From: a virus
Lineage: Duplodnaviria > Caudoviricetes
Virus record (IMG/VR): IMGVR_UViG_3300035208_002098
Coordinates: 64,001 to 128,000 of that record
DNA length: 64,000 bases
Reading direction: 5' to 3' (one strand)
Shown: positions 10,450-21,331 of the stretch, one piece after another
Layout of the letters: each line of letters begins with the position of its first letter
How positions within the stretch are numbered: the stretch's first letter is position 1
The notes under the pieces: model-generated
The model's input: only the letters and a program-made list of their open reading frames with translations
Databases searched by the model: none
Told to the model about the DNA's origin: nothing
Made by a program: the position numbers and the translations under genes

Positions 10450-11475
10450 TTATTTAGCTTTTAATAATTCTACACTTTTATTATTATTTATACCAATAAT
10501 AGCTCTTGAAATCTGGTCAGCTATACTGATAACCTTAACTATTGATTTAGTCTCAACCTCAATAATTTGTTGTTTTGTTGGATTCATCATTACCTTTTCC
10601 GGTATTTGTATACTATCAGATATAACTAATTCTTCTAATACAGATTCACTTATTCTTTCATAAGCCGGTCCAGATAACAATCCATGTGATGCAATTGCTC
10701 TAACCGATGCTGCACCACCATCTTTTAAATGTTGAGCTGCTTTACATAATGTTCCGGCTGTATCAACCATATCATCTATGATAACAACATGTTTACCATT
10801 AACATCACCAATTAAAACCATTTCATCAACTATATTAGCTTCTTTTCTAGTTTTATCGATAGTAACATAATATATCGGTTGTCCATATTTATTTGTGATA
10901 CGGTCTTTAAGATGTTTAACTCGTTTAACACCACCAGCATCAGGTGAACATAGAATTACATTATTGTCGTATTTCTTCATCAACTTAGATACATAATCAG
11001 CAAATAAATATTGACCTTCCATATGTGTTACTGGGATATCAAAAAACCCTTGAACTTGGTCGGCATGTAAGTCAAATAATATTACCGATGTTGCACCACG
11101 ATGTTCTAACATCTCAGCTATAATTTTAGCACCAATTGGTCCACGAATATCTTTTTTGTCTTGTCTTCCGTATGGGAAATACGGTACGATTGGTATAATT
11201 TCTTTAGCAGATGCTCGTTTAGCTGCATCAATTGCTAAATTAAGTGTCATAACTAAATCACTATTAGTTGGTGAACATAATAGATATACCCTTTTACCTC
11301 TAATACTATCAGCATATAATGTATTAATCTCACCATCTGAAAATGACTTGATACTAATCTCACCAATAGCTAACGTTTCATCGGATGTTGTATTTCTATT
11401 AAAATACTTAATTATATCGTTAACTAGTTTAGTCCTACCGTCTAAGGTAAAAATTACTGATTTCATACTTTCCAT
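10450..11475 (-). CDS. prs: ribose-phosphate pyrophosphokinase family protein
   Basis: FSDGE, PYFPYGRQDK, DLHADQ, SPDAGG, DDMVDTAGT. Confidence 0.93.
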   Translation of the reverse strand: MESMKSVIFTLDGRTKLVNDIIKYFNRNTTSDETLAIGEISIKSFSDGEINTLYADSIRGKRVYLLCSPTNSDLVMTLNLAIDAAKRASAKEIIPIVPYFPYGRQDKKDIRGPIGAKIIAEMLEHRGATSVILFDLHADQVQGFFDIPVTHMEGQYLFADYVSKLMKKYDNNVILCSPDAGGVKRVKHLKDRITNKYGQPIYYVTIDKTRKEANIVDEMVLIGDVNGKHVVIIDDMVDTAGTLCKAAQHLKDGGAASVRAIASHGLLSGPAYERISESVLEELVISDSIQIPEKVMMNPTKQQIIEVETKSIVKVISIADQISRAIIGINNNKSVELLKAK

Positions 11476-11543
11476 ATTAATTTAAGTTATTAGTTATTAT
11501 TTTGATGCAAATATATAACTTTATTTTGATACTACCAAATAAA

Positions 11544-11885
11544 TTAGGATAATTTTCTAACCCAATTTCTTTCATATGTTCGTTTAACGAAATTACCGGG
11601 TTCAAAACTACCAGTAAATAATACAATATCTAAAGCTGTTACAAGTTCCTGTAATAATGTATCCCATTCAGCTATTTGTTCATCTGAATAACCATCATCC
11701 CATTCAGAATCATGTTTAACTTCTTTAGTTTTACCATTAAGGATTAAATCTATATCTTCATATAAATCAGTATTACCAAAAAGTCTCTTTTCTTCAATTG
11801 ATGGTATACCGTTATTATTAACAATATAAATTTGTCTAATTAATTTAATATGGTCTTCAGTTAATTTGAATGTTTCTATTGACAT
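11544..11885 (-). CDS. hypothetical protein
   Basis: 113-aa ORF. Confidence 0.6.
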   Translation of the reverse strand: MSIETFKLTEDHIKLIRQIYIVNNNGIPSIEEKRLFGNTDLYEDIDLILNGKTKEVKHDSEWDDGYSDEQIAEWDTLLQELVTALDIVLFTGSFEPGNFVKRTYERNWVRKLS

Positions 11886-11889
11886 AGTA

Positions 11890-12234
11890 TTATATATTAT
11901 CTTTTATGTGATTGAGACGGTCTTCAACGCCTTTTATTATTTCTTCTTTAATTTTACTAGATTTCAAATCTCTAATAATTTCCTCAGTAACTTTAGCAAT
12001 TTTATTATTAACATGAATTCTAATACTATCAATCTCTTTATCAATTAATTCTTCTAATCTTTGACGTTCTTTGATAAAACCAAATTCAACAAATGGTCCT
12101 ATTTCACTTAATAGGAAATCCATCACTACTTTTTGAGCTTTTTCTGGTGTTACTGATTCACCATCTTCACTATATTTTACATCTTTGTGTGGTATAAATT
12201 TACCATCGTTTGGTTGCATTGCCATTTTTTTCAT
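11890..12234 (-). CDS. hypothetical protein
   Basis: probable start MKKMAMQ at 12234; the longer track start overlaps the endonuclease tail. Confidence 0.5.
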   Translation of the reverse strand: MKKMAMQPNDGKFIPHKDVKYSEDGESVTPEKAQKVVMDFLLSEIGPFVEFGFIKERQRLEELIDKEIDSIRIHVNNKIAKVTEEIIRDLKSSKIKEEIIKGVEDRLNHIKDNI

Positions 12235-12259
12235 ATTAATTTCTGTTGATAAATCAACA

Positions 12260-13172
12260 TTATTTTTGTTTTTTGATTGCTTCGAAGACCATACCCCAAC
12301 TATCGTTGTACTCAGTCTCTTTTTTAATAATTTCATAAATTTCATCCCATTCTATATTATATTTATACGATTTAATATTCCAACCAATACAGTTAATAGT
12401 TTTAATTTTATAATAATTATTTACCAACCTAATGTTATCACTGGTGATAATACCTTTATTAAGTGAACTTCTAAATTTACTAAAAGATAAATTATTCAAT
12501 ACAATAAACTCAATTAATTTAGTTTTACCTGTAAAACAATATAATTCATTGTTAGGTGATATTAATATATATTTATACAATCTATATTGTTTTTTTACGC
12601 TATTTATTTTTTTTTAAAAATAATCTTTGTTCTGAGGACATTTTATGTCCTTTATTCTTTAAACTAATTTTATGTTTAGTCTCATCAGAACGAATCATTT
12701 TTTTACTCAATAATATATTACTTATTTTACTACAAACATCCTTTGGTATTGGATTTACTTTATAATATTCTTTCATAATATTTGATTGTTTATTTCTAAA
12801 TTCATCTGTTATATACCTACCAGAATTATTATCACCACCATTAGTCAAATTAGTTAATGGGCCTGTATTAAAATTAATTCTACCAATTAAAGTTATTATT
12901 TCTTTTTCTAGTATTAACGCATCATCTTCAATTAAATCATATTTTAATTTATTAATTATAGGTGTTAAACCTTCATTTAATATTTTTTTTATAGTTTTTG
13001 TTTTAATTAATTTAACATTTTTAAGATTATATTCTTTAATATGGTCATCCAATCTATTACCTTTACCTTTACCAACATAAAATGGTTCATAATCAAATTT
13101 ATAATCACCATAAATATATTCACCGGGTTTTCTAGGGTCTAAATAAACATATACATAATATATATTTAACAT
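12260..13172 (-). pseudogene. GIY-YIG/NUMOD homing endonuclease split by a frameshift
   Basis: YYVYVYLDP...FYVGKG, LTNLTNGG, NUMOD3-like repeats; frame changes in the 9-T run at 12607-12615. Confidence 0.7.
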
Positions 13173-13591
13173 TTTTTTAAATAATTTAAAATATCCAACC
13201 AATCAACGTATGGGTCAAACGATGCTTTATCTTCGAAAAGAATGTTGAAATAAAATTTTTCTTCATAATAACCATGTTTAGTATCACCTGTTTTAACTTC
13301 TGGATTAGAATTTACGTAGTCGAATTCGATACCATGAAATCTAAATAATTGTCTGTATTGGTCTATCTCATCTGGATGTGAACACGTGTATAATATTAAT
13401 ACGATATCATCCCTTTGATTTAATTCGTATAGTACCTCAGTTGAGTGTTTATAAAATTCAGTACATATCCCATCAATTTCATAGTCTGGTTTTAATATCG
13501 TTCCATGAATATCAACAGCGACATATATTTTGTCCCAACCACGTTCTTTTTTAGCTTTAAATGCTTGTTCAATTGCTCTAACTATCGACAT
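13166..13591 (-). CDS. HAD-superfamily hydrolase-like protein
   Basis: AVDIHGTI, LYTCS, NSNPE, FEDKA. Confidence 0.7.
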   Translation of the reverse strand: MSIVRAIEQAFKAKKERGWDKIYVAVDIHGTILKPDYEIDGICTEFYKHSTEVLYELNQRDDIVLILYTCSHPDEIDQYRQLFRFHGIEFDYVNSNPEVKTGDTKHGYYEEKFYFNILFEDKASFDPYVDWLDILNYLKKC

Positions 13592-13623
13592 ATATTTCTT
13601 TTAATTTTATTGCAAATATATCA

Positions 13624-13657
13624 AAAAAAAAGGATAAACGCAACATTTATCCTTTTT
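13624..13657 (-). terminator. intrinsic terminator after NAMPT
   Basis: AAGGATAAA/TTTATCCTT stem with U tract. Confidence 0.65.
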
Positions 13658-13675
13658 ATTTTATTTATTTATATA

Positions 13676-15259
13676 TTAATATTTAGAGTAAGTATAGTTT
13701 TCAACTTCCTCTTCAGAAATTATTACCTTTTCACGAATTTCTTCATACGTATATTCTTTTAAAATAATACCATTTTCAAATACTGGAATCAATTCATCAA
13801 TTGCTTCTTGAAAACCGGCATCTTTTGAGGTTAATGTTATGTAACCACTTTCGGTTTTAACTAGTTTCATTCGACCAGATTTTGATTTTTTGAAACTTTT
13901 TTGCATTTCACCGTTAGCATCTATTTCAGTTGGTGATTTAGCAACATCTCTCTCAACACCATTAACAATTACAAAGGCTGCTTTAAAAGCGAAGTTAAGT
14001 GTATCACGGTTAATATCAGCTTGTAATAATTTACCACCCATACCAAAACACATGTTTTCAATTGATATTTTTTCTTCACGTAACATATCACAAACAGCTT
14101 GGATTGAATTTATATTTACACCATCACCTTGTATTACTCTAACCTGACTTGGTAATACTTTATAACCTTTAGCGTTAACTGTATATCCAAAATTTTCGAA
14201 TAATGATTTAAATATAGCTTTTAACGTTTCAATAACGTGACCTGAATCAGGTCTTATAACTAACGTACCTTCTCTAGCTAAAATTTTAGCTTTAAGGTCT
14301 TTACCCCAGTATTGATTAACAGCTCTAAGGATATTGTAACTATCAGATACACATGCAATAGTACCAGTAGGATATTTATCCACAACTCGTTCAAACATTT
14401 CTAATTCACCAGCCTCACCACGTAATGTCATGATACTATGTTCTGTTGCTGGGATTGATTTAATAAACACACCTTTTGTGTTGTATAAATCTTGTATTAA
14501 TGATTGTGCCGCTAAGTTATCTGAACCCAAGAAATTAATTGCGTGGGCAGAACCACCATTACGAGCAGATTGTACTGATGATACACCACGTAATCCAAAA
14601 TCGTTTAACGCATATTCAGTAACTATTTTAACAACATCATATGGTAAATTAGATGTATCTTTATATGCTTTAAGGATAATTTTTTTAACTTCTCTTGATA
14701 GGGTAGCAACGGTAATAGGAAACCAAACCTGAAGCATTACTGTTTCTAAGAAATTAACTAACCAAGTACATTCCGGGTCAGTTGACTCAATAGACATAAG
14801 AATATTTTTTGTTGTTACAACCGTACCTTCTGGTACTGCCATAATTCTAATTGGTAATTTACCGCCATGTTTTTCAACAATATAATCAAATTTACTTCTA
14901 TCAAAAACATCGTTACGTCCAAATACTCCTTCAGGACTATTAAGAACTGCTTCAGCTTCATCAACTTCTTCTTTAAGGATAGCAACACCTTCAATAAATT
15001 CTTTAAGGAAAATTTGTAAACCATAGAAACATGTAGTAACAAATACACCACCACGACTTTCAAGATAAGAATAAAACCCGGTAGTATTATCTTCATAAAA
15101 CTTATGATGCGAATATTTGTAAGCATCACCAAGTAATACTAAATTGTTAGGTTTATCTAATACTTTATTAATTAAGTATTGTACATCTGTTAGCCCAGCA
15201 AAATCTTTATTTTTTATCGCTTCAGCTAATCTTCGTTTAATTGTTCTCTGTAAACTCAT
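13676..15259 (-). CDS. nadV: nicotinamide phosphoribosyltransferase (NAMPT)
   Basis: DAYKYSH, YLESRGG, DFGLRGVSS, SIPATEHS, VSDSY, IRPDSG, IQGDG, FGMGG. Confidence 0.93.
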   Translation of the reverse strand: MSLQRTIKRRLAEAIKNKDFAGLTDVQYLINKVLDKPNNLVLLGDAYKYSHHKFYEDNTTGFYSYLESRGGVFVTTCFYGLQIFLKEFIEGVAILKEEVDEAEAVLNSPEGVFGRNDVFDRSKFDYIVEKHGGKLPIRIMAVPEGTVVTTKNILMSIESTDPECTWLVNFLETVMLQVWFPITVATLSREVKKIILKAYKDTSNLPYDVVKIVTEYALNDFGLRGVSSVQSARNGGSAHAINFLGSDNLAAQSLIQDLYNTKGVFIKSIPATEHSIMTLRGEAGELEMFERVVDKYPTGTIACVSDSYNILRAVNQYWGKDLKAKILAREGTLVIRPDSGHVIETLKAIFKSLFENFGYTVNAKGYKVLPSQVRVIQGDGVNINSIQAVCDMLREEKISIENMCFGMGGKLLQADINRDTLNFAFKAAFVIVNGVERDVAKSPTEIDANGEMQKSFKKSKSGRMKLVKTESGYITLTSKDAGFQEAIDELIPVFENGIILKEYTYEEIREKVIISEEEVENYTYSKY

Positions 15260-15312
15260 TTTATTTTATTTAAGTTAATAATTTAATTGATTGCAAATAT
15301 ATGAAATTTTTT

Positions 15313-16269
15313 CTAGTAATGCAAGTTAATAAATAACACATTTGGGTCATCGTCATATTTAGCACAACAAAATGCTGGATGATATTGTTCTAAACTTTCT
15401 TTTACGATAACACCATTTTCATCTTTAAATGTATTCTCACCTTCTTTTAGGTAAACACCCCATTGATGTTTTTCATAATAAACATCTTCGATTCTTTGGA
15501 TAACTACTTTAGAATCATTAGGTAAATTATGTTTATACAAAAACTCTTTCAAATCACCAACGGTTAAATAATATGAATAGTCATTTGTTAATTCGTCTTT
15601 TGTAATTTCTTTTATATTTTCTTCTAATATTTTACCTATATTTTCTGGTTTACCACAAACAACACATAATCTAGGATGTGGTTGATTCATAGCTTTACTA
15701 TAACGACAAATATGGTTTTCCTGTGTTATTGTTTGACAAAATAATGGTTCTGTATAGTCAAATAGTTCATCCAATTCGTCCCACATTGGTTTAAATTCTG
15801 TGATTACATTTAACGCTTTTTTAAATCTTGGGTATCGCAATTTATATTTTTTGTACATACCACTACCCTTACTTTTAGAATATGTTCCATTAGCCAATCT
15901 ATCACATAATTTACCAAAAATAGCTAATCTACCTTCTTCAACAATACCATCATAATATTTTTGATTTTCTCGTTCATCCGGTGTTTTACCCTTTTCGTTA
16001 TGTAATGCATAGGAAATATTAGCCACTATTTCACCACAAGTTTCTTTAACATCATTATATGTTTCTCTAGCGTCACTGATAATATCGTGGCACCATAAAC
16101 CACCTTCAGCGAATGGTTTTTCATATTCTGTTAATAAATAAGAATATTTGTGGAAGAAAGATATACCCATTTCTAAATGGAATGAATAAGGTTTACCATC
16201 ATAACTTTGATTCACAAATGCATGTCTTTCACAAGCATAATTTTTACATATTGTAACTAATTTTTCCAT
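15313..16269 (-). CDS. HD-domain protein (SpoT/Mesh1-like) fused to an unknown C-terminal domain
   Basis: PYSFHL, CHDIISD, KLCDRLAN. Confidence 0.7.
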   Translation of the reverse strand: MEKLVTICKNYACERHAFVNQSYDGKPYSFHLEMGISFFHKYSYLLTEYEKPFAEGGLWCHDIISDARETYNDVKETCGEIVANISYALHNEKGKTPDERENQKYYDGIVEEGRLAIFGKLCDRLANGTYSKSKGSGMYKKYKLRYPRFKKALNVITEFKPMWDELDELFDYTEPLFCQTITQENHICRYSKAMNQPHPRLCVVCGKPENIGKILEENIKEITKDELTNDYSYYLTVGDLKEFLYKHNLPNDSKVVIQRIEDVYYEKHQWGVYLKEGENTFKDENGVIVKESLEQYHPAFCCAKYDDDPNVLFINLHY

Positions 16270-16273
16270 TTTA

Positions 16274-16615
16274 TTATTTTTTAAATCCTTCTAACTCTTG
16301 ATGTAATACAACTAATTTTCTAAGACCACCACCATATAAGTTTTTCATATTCATTCTATATTGGCCCCTTACGAATAAAAACATAATGCATTCCATAATA
16401 AAATGTGGTGTGGCAAAAATATAGTGAAATATAGATATTATAGTAGATAATATAACACCACCTAATATTTTTGAAAATAAGGTATTAAAATTCTTAAACC
16501 CAATTTTCATTCTTGTCCAATGTATTTTTTCTTTAAGAATATACACTTGAATTAAATTTTTATTGTTATTTTTCATTTTCTTCTTTTTTAACCTTATCTC
16601 TATATTCATTAACAT
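16274..16615 (-). CDS. hypothetical membrane protein
   Basis: hydrophobic segment; true start probably later. Confidence 0.5.
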   Translation of the reverse strand: MLMNIEIRLKKKKMKNNNKNLIQVYILKEKIHWTRMKIGFKNFNTLFSKILGGVILSTIISIFHYIFATPHFIMECIMFLFVRGQYRMNMKNLYGGGLRKLVVLHQELEGFKK

Positions 16616-17186
16616 GTCTATAAAATTCAGTATATTGGACCTTATTAAGATATAAAATATCTTTTGTTTCTATTTTAGGTATACTCATATCAGTAACCCA
16701 CTTATTACCGTCAGTTATATATCTAGTTTTTTCAATGCCATACCAACTATTAGTATCTATTTGAACAATTGAAACATCATCCCAGATATATTTTTCTTCT
16801 TGAAACTCGGTATCATAATTCGTATGGTATGTAATTACACCAGTTTTATAATCCATATAAAAATAATCCGGTGTTGAATCACGAGTTATTACTGTATCAG
16901 CTTTGGTTGCACCAACCTTTTCACCTTTTTTTGTAACTGTTATAAATCTAACAGTAGTATCTTTATCAAAAAAATAATATGTAATTGGTAATAATTTAGA
17001 TTTCTCAGTGTAAATTCGTTCTGTTGGTAAATAATTCGTGAATACACTTGAAACTATTAATGTACCACCAAAAGTAAAACAAAGAACTGTTATAGCTACA
17101 GTAGCCAATTTTTCATTGAACTGTTTTCCGTATAAGCATTTTGAAATTATAACTCCAATTAATGCTGAAATAAAATATGTATACAT
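16566..17186 (-). CDS. hypothetical membrane protein
   Basis: two N-terminal TM segments. Confidence 0.6.
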   Translation of the reverse strand: MYTYFISALIGVIISKCLYGKQFNEKLATVAITVLCFTFGGTLIVSSVFTNYLPTERIYTEKSKLLPITYYFFDKDTTVRFITVTKKGEKVGATKADTVITRDSTPDYFYMDYKTGVITYHTNYDTEFQEEKYIWDDVSIVQIDTNSWYGIEKTRYITDGNKWVTDMSIPKIETKDILYLNKVQYTEFYRHVNEYRDKVKKEENEK

Positions 17187-17210
17187 AAATTCTATTTTTA
17201 AAGTTAATAA

Positions 17211-17759
17211 TTAAACAAGAAATATTGGTATACTGATTAATAATCCTATTATCAATATAGCAACACTACCAGCTGCAAATCCTTCATTTCCTTCTTGTAT
17301 TACCCATTCTCTATCGTATTTTTTTGTATCAGCGTTATAAGTTTCTTTTTTAAGTAAACGTTTATCTTTAGCATAATTTCTATGAACAAAATAACTAATA
17401 AATATTACTAATATAATCCATATAAAACCAAATGCTATTTGAATTATGTCTTCACCAATAACTTTATATATAACTAAAAACATAGTTATTTTACCCAATT
17501 TAGTTTCAGAAAAATCTGAAGCAGTTTTAGTTATTGCCGTTAATGCACCATCAAATGCATAACCAACTTCTTTACCTAGACCAACCCACTTGCCAATATT
17601 TTCAACTTGTGTGTCTGTTTCAGTTATAGTTTTAACTGATTTGATTTGATTCTGAACATCAATAGGTAATTTATTTAATTCCTCTTGACTTAAACTTGTT
17701 TGAGAATACGTTACTAATGAAAGTAATACGATAAACAAAAATGACACTAATTTTTTCAT
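17211..17759 (-). CDS. hypothetical membrane protein with signal peptide
   Basis: MKKLVSFLFIVLL signal and C-terminal TM helices. Confidence 0.65.
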   Translation of the reverse strand: MKKLVSFLFIVLLSLVTYSQTSLSQEELNKLPIDVQNQIKSVKTITETDTQVENIGKWVGLGKEVGYAFDGALTAITKTASDFSETKLGKITMFLVIYKVIGEDIIQIAFGFIWIILVIFISYFVHRNYAKDKRLLKKETYNADTKKYDREWVIQEGNEGFAAGSVAILIIGLLISIPIFLV

Positions 17760-17863
17760 AAAATAATTTTTAAGATTAATAATTTAATTACACTGCAAAT
17801 ATAAAACAAAAAAGTGAGACTACCAAATATAATCTCACTTTTTTTTAATTTATTTTAATATTA

Positions 17864-19003
17864 TTATTTTTTCCATGTAATACCCGGACAATAATCTTTT
17901 TTCGAAGCTGAAAAGTAATCACCAAATATACCAGTGAAATTCTTCATACCTTCCCAAAACCATAGACCAAACGATTTGAATACTTTAAGGCATAAAAATC
18001 TCCAGATGAAATGATTAAATATGAAATTTAATGGGATTAGAACTAACCAATATAATGGAGTGTATACAACATAATATAATGGTTTAACAATACCTAAATA
18101 TAATACTTGTATGTACCACACTGAACCACCATGTTTATATTTTGCCACAACATCTTCAATATGACCAGCAATTATTTGAAACAATTTATATAATAAGAAA
18201 ACTATTACAGTACCAATAACAATAGCTAAAATAACCTGTAAAATAATTTTCCATATCGACATTATAAATATACCACCAGCTATTAACCCTAATGTTAAAT
18301 AATTAACTATGAAGTATGTTACAAATAAGAATAATAATGTAATTAAAACACCAGTCACTTTTTTAGCTACTTTAATCATAGTAGTAAAATCTAACGATGA
18401 TAATTTTTCTAATGAAGATGTGATTGAATCCCAAGCATCACTAAGAAATCCTAATTTATTGTTAATTTTTCTAATTAACTCATCACGTTTTTCTTCTTTT
18501 AATTCAGCTTTACGTTGACGTTCATATCTAAGTTGTTCACGTTCATCTCTAACTTTTTTTAATTCAATTAAAATCTGTTCTCTATCAGACATATTATCCC
18601 AATCAAGATTTAAATTTTCTTTAGCCCAATCAGTTAATAGTTTTTCGCCACTAACATTTACCTTTTTAAATTTTTTAGGTATTCGTCCATATGAACCATA
18701 ATTATAAATCTCATACGCAGTATATGCATCTAGACTAATTACCCACTTCTCTAAACTTTTTAAAGTTTTTTGATAAATGTATTTGTCTACAAAATTACCA
18801 ATCGCATAGATTAATTTAAACAATAGTTTAAACGGACCAACAATAGGTACCATAATTACACATACGAACATTAGAATCCAAAAATACCGGCAGAAGTTGA
18901 AGGTATTACTTGGTTTTGGTGAGTTATCACCTAAGAACCATAACATTAATTTATAATGCCAAGAGTTCTCACTTAATTCAATCAATTTGATTTCATTTTC
19001 CAT
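17864..19003 (-). CDS. multi-pass membrane protein
   Basis: 379 aa, several TM segments. Confidence 0.65.
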   Translation of the reverse strand: MENEIKLIELSENSWHYKLMLWFLGDNSPKPSNTFNFCRYFWILMFVCVIMVPIVGPFKLLFKLIYAIGNFVDKYIYQKTLKSLEKWVISLDAYTAYEIYNYGSYGRIPKKFKKVNVSGEKLLTDWAKENLNLDWDNMSDREQILIELKKVRDEREQLRYERQRKAELKEEKRDELIRKINNKLGFLSDAWDSITSSLEKLSSLDFTTMIKVAKKVTGVLITLLFLFVTYFIVNYLTLGLIAGGIFIMSIWKIILQVILAIVIGTVIVFLLYKLFQIIAGHIEDVVAKYKHGGSVWYIQVLYLGIVKPLYYVVYTPLYWLVLIPLNFIFNHFIWRFLCLKVFKSFGLWFWEGMKNFTGIFGDYFSASKKDYCPGITWKK

Positions 19004-19053
19004 TTTTAACTTTTTTTAATTTATACTTATTTTACGTTATTTTTATTTTTATA

Positions 19054-19503
19054 TTACCAATCAATTTTTATTGCATATTCACCAGCTTCGATAAGACCTT
19101 TTTTATGTAAGTCATTAGCTACCGCTTGTACATTCGGGTAAAAATTTCTTTCCCAGAATAAACCAATATGACTTTTATCTTCACACCATGACTTTCTATC
19201 ACTTGTATCATAATAATAATTACAAGTTTTAAGTTCGGCATCAGATGGGTTTAAAGGTGCTTTAGGGTCTCTATTTAACCATACATCAAATTTAACACCC
19301 ATATTTCGTTCATCATTTATGATTTCAGGTATTTTATCATTCATATATTCATCAGAGTATTCTTCTGGTATGGTTATGTATATAAGGCCTCTACCTCTAC
19401 AACCATCTTGTTGTTGAATATGATATAGTCTACCATAAGTGTTTGAGACCAATTCATCCCAATCACAATCTTCAATCTTTTGTATGTTTTTAGTTTTAAT
19501 CAT
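19054..19503 (-). CDS. hypothetical protein
   Basis: 149-aa ORF. Confidence 0.6.
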   Translation of the reverse strand: MIKTKNIQKIEDCDWDELVSNTYGRLYHIQQQDGCRGRGLIYITIPEEYSDEYMNDKIPEIINDERNMGVKFDVWLNRDPKAPLNPSDAELKTCNYYYDTSDRKSWCEDKSHIGLFWERNFYPNVQAVANDLHKKGLIEAGEYAIKIDW

Positions 19504-19507
19504 AACT

Positions 19508-20443
19508 CTATAATTTAATACTATTTAAAAAATTTTCCATTAATTCAACATGTTCTTCCATAATAATATTATGTAATTCCAATTTATCACTAGCTTTTTT
19601 AAGGTCATTAATTAAAACCCATGAAAGTTCACAAATATCATCTGTTGGTATTGGTGAACCAAAAATAAATGTCCCTACAAATAATGTTGACATAATACCA
19701 TCTTTAGCCCTACGATATCTCCAATCATCAATCTTTTGACTGCAGACATATCTTAAATCACCTATTTCACAACCACCAGTTTCCTCACTAAATTCTCGTT
19801 TAGCAGCTCGTTCTTTACTATTATCACTTGGGTCAACAAACCCACCAATGAATCTCAATTTGTTTTCATTAGGTTTTTTGGCTAATAGAACTTTACCTTC
19901 ATTATTTACACATGCAACATCCACAGTATTATAAGCTGTTGGGTATCTGTCAGCCTTACCATATATAACACCAGCTCTAAAATCAGAAGAACCTAATATT
20001 TCTCTAGTAACTTCTTTTCTAACTTCAGTACCACTATAAAATGTATCTGTTATTAATTCAACTGTTTGGTGTTTACCGTGATAATGAGGTATAAACGAAT
20101 CCCTACTACCATATAATAAAGCTTTACCACCATTAAATGTCATATCGATTTGCTCATCGATATTTTTAGACCATTTATTGTCATCACGATTATCTTTAAC
20201 AGGTAATATAATTACGTTAGGATAATCATTTTGTAGCATAGCCTTACGAGTAGCAAAATCTAAAGGGTCTGTTTCTGGCCGATGTATTGGTGGTATACCT
20301 AAGAATAAAATCACTTTTTTATGATTTTTACACACATCTTCAACTAATTCTCTTTGTGATGGGTGTAATTTATGCACTTGGAAGCGAGCTATGATACATC
20401 CAATGCTATAATCATTTGGGTTAACAACTCTTTTTATCTCCAT
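19508..20443 (-). CDS. bifunctional NMN adenylyltransferase / ADP-ribose pyrophosphatase (NadM-Nudix)
   Basis: ARFQVHKLH, SGTEVR, DFRAGVIY, GGFVD...AAKREFSEETG. Confidence 0.88.
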   Translation of the reverse strand: MEIKRVVNPNDYSIGCIIARFQVHKLHPSQRELVEDVCKNHKKVILFLGIPPIHRPETDPLDFATRKAMLQNDYPNVIILPVKDNRDDNKWSKNIDEQIDMTFNGGKALLYGSRDSFIPHYHGKHQTVELITDTFYSGTEVRKEVTREILGSSDFRAGVIYGKADRYPTAYNTVDVACVNNEGKVLLAKKPNENKLRFIGGFVDPSDNSKERAAKREFSEETGGCEIGDLRYVCSQKIDDWRYRRAKDGIMSTLFVGTFIFGSPIPTDDICELSWVLINDLKKASDKLELHNIIMEEHVELMENFLNSIKL

Positions 20444-20447
20444 AATG

Positions 20448-21227
20448 TTATTTTTTTATTATCCATTTATAATTTTTATATTCACTTTTTTTCATTTTAA
20501 CAAGATGATAATGTAATTCTTTATAATAAAAACCATTCTCATTTTCTGCTTTAGCTATACTTGGGTATGTACTTATTAAATTACCTTCTAAATCATATTG
20601 TTCTATCTCAATAGAAATAGCACTTTGTAAGTTTTTACTCTTTAATGTATCACTTATTTGCTTTTTCATGTTATCAGTAATTATATAACCACCATTATTT
20701 AATCTACTATTCTTAACCTTTTCAATTCTATTAATTTTTACATTAAATTCAATATCACCCCAATAATTTTTTAATGACTCACCTCTTTTTTTTCTAGTTT
20801 CGTCACTTTGTATTAACCCAATATGACCTAACCTATTTGCCTCAACATGTTCGTCACTTAATTTTCTACCAGTTAATGATTCCGATATTTTCTTCTTAGT
20901 TTCATCACTTCGTTTCATACCAATATGAGAATTCAACCCAGCAATCAAAACCATATTTAATTCTGGTTTTTCATAATCTAACCATTTTTGTTCTGTTTCA
21001 ATTAATATATTAATATCTTCAACATACTCTAATATTTTAAATTCAAAACTATCACCACCATATTTATTCCAACTATTCTGTAGTTTTATTGAATGATGTT
21101 TATTATTATTCAATAATCCAGTATGTGTTCTTTTTCTTCTTATAAAATCAGTAGTACTACCGATATATTTTTTACCGTTTTGTTTATTAGTAATACAATA
21201 GATTACTTGTTCTTTTTTATATTTCAT
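20448..21227 (-). CDS. GIY-YIG homing endonuclease (NUMOD3/NUMOD1)
   Basis: VIYCITN...YIGS, HHSIKLQNSWNKYG, RSDETKKKIS. Confidence 0.88.
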   Translation of the reverse strand: MKYKKEQVIYCITNKQNGKKYIGSTTDFIRRKRTHTGLLNNNKHHSIKLQNSWNKYGGDSFEFKILEYVEDINILIETEQKWLDYEKPELNMVLIAGLNSHIGMKRSDETKKKISESLTGRKLSDEHVEANRLGHIGLIQSDETRKKRGESLKNYWGDIEFNVKINRIEKVKNSRLNNGGYIITDNMKKQISDTLKSKNLQSAISIEIEQYDLEGNLISTYPSIAKAENENGFYYKELHYHLVKMKKSEYKNYKWIIKK

Positions 21228-21331
21228 ATTAGTATTTTAATATAAATATAAAGCTAGCAATCAAAAACCCTACTTCATAATATTTTTATTTGAGAATACA
21301 AAGATATGGTAATTTTTTGATATATGCAAAT

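Noticed and set aside
20448-21227. Group I introns around the GIY-YIG genes (also 60664-61374)
   Set aside because: Flanking genes are intact and the spacers are too short and AT-rich for an intron core, so they are treated as free-standing endonucleases.
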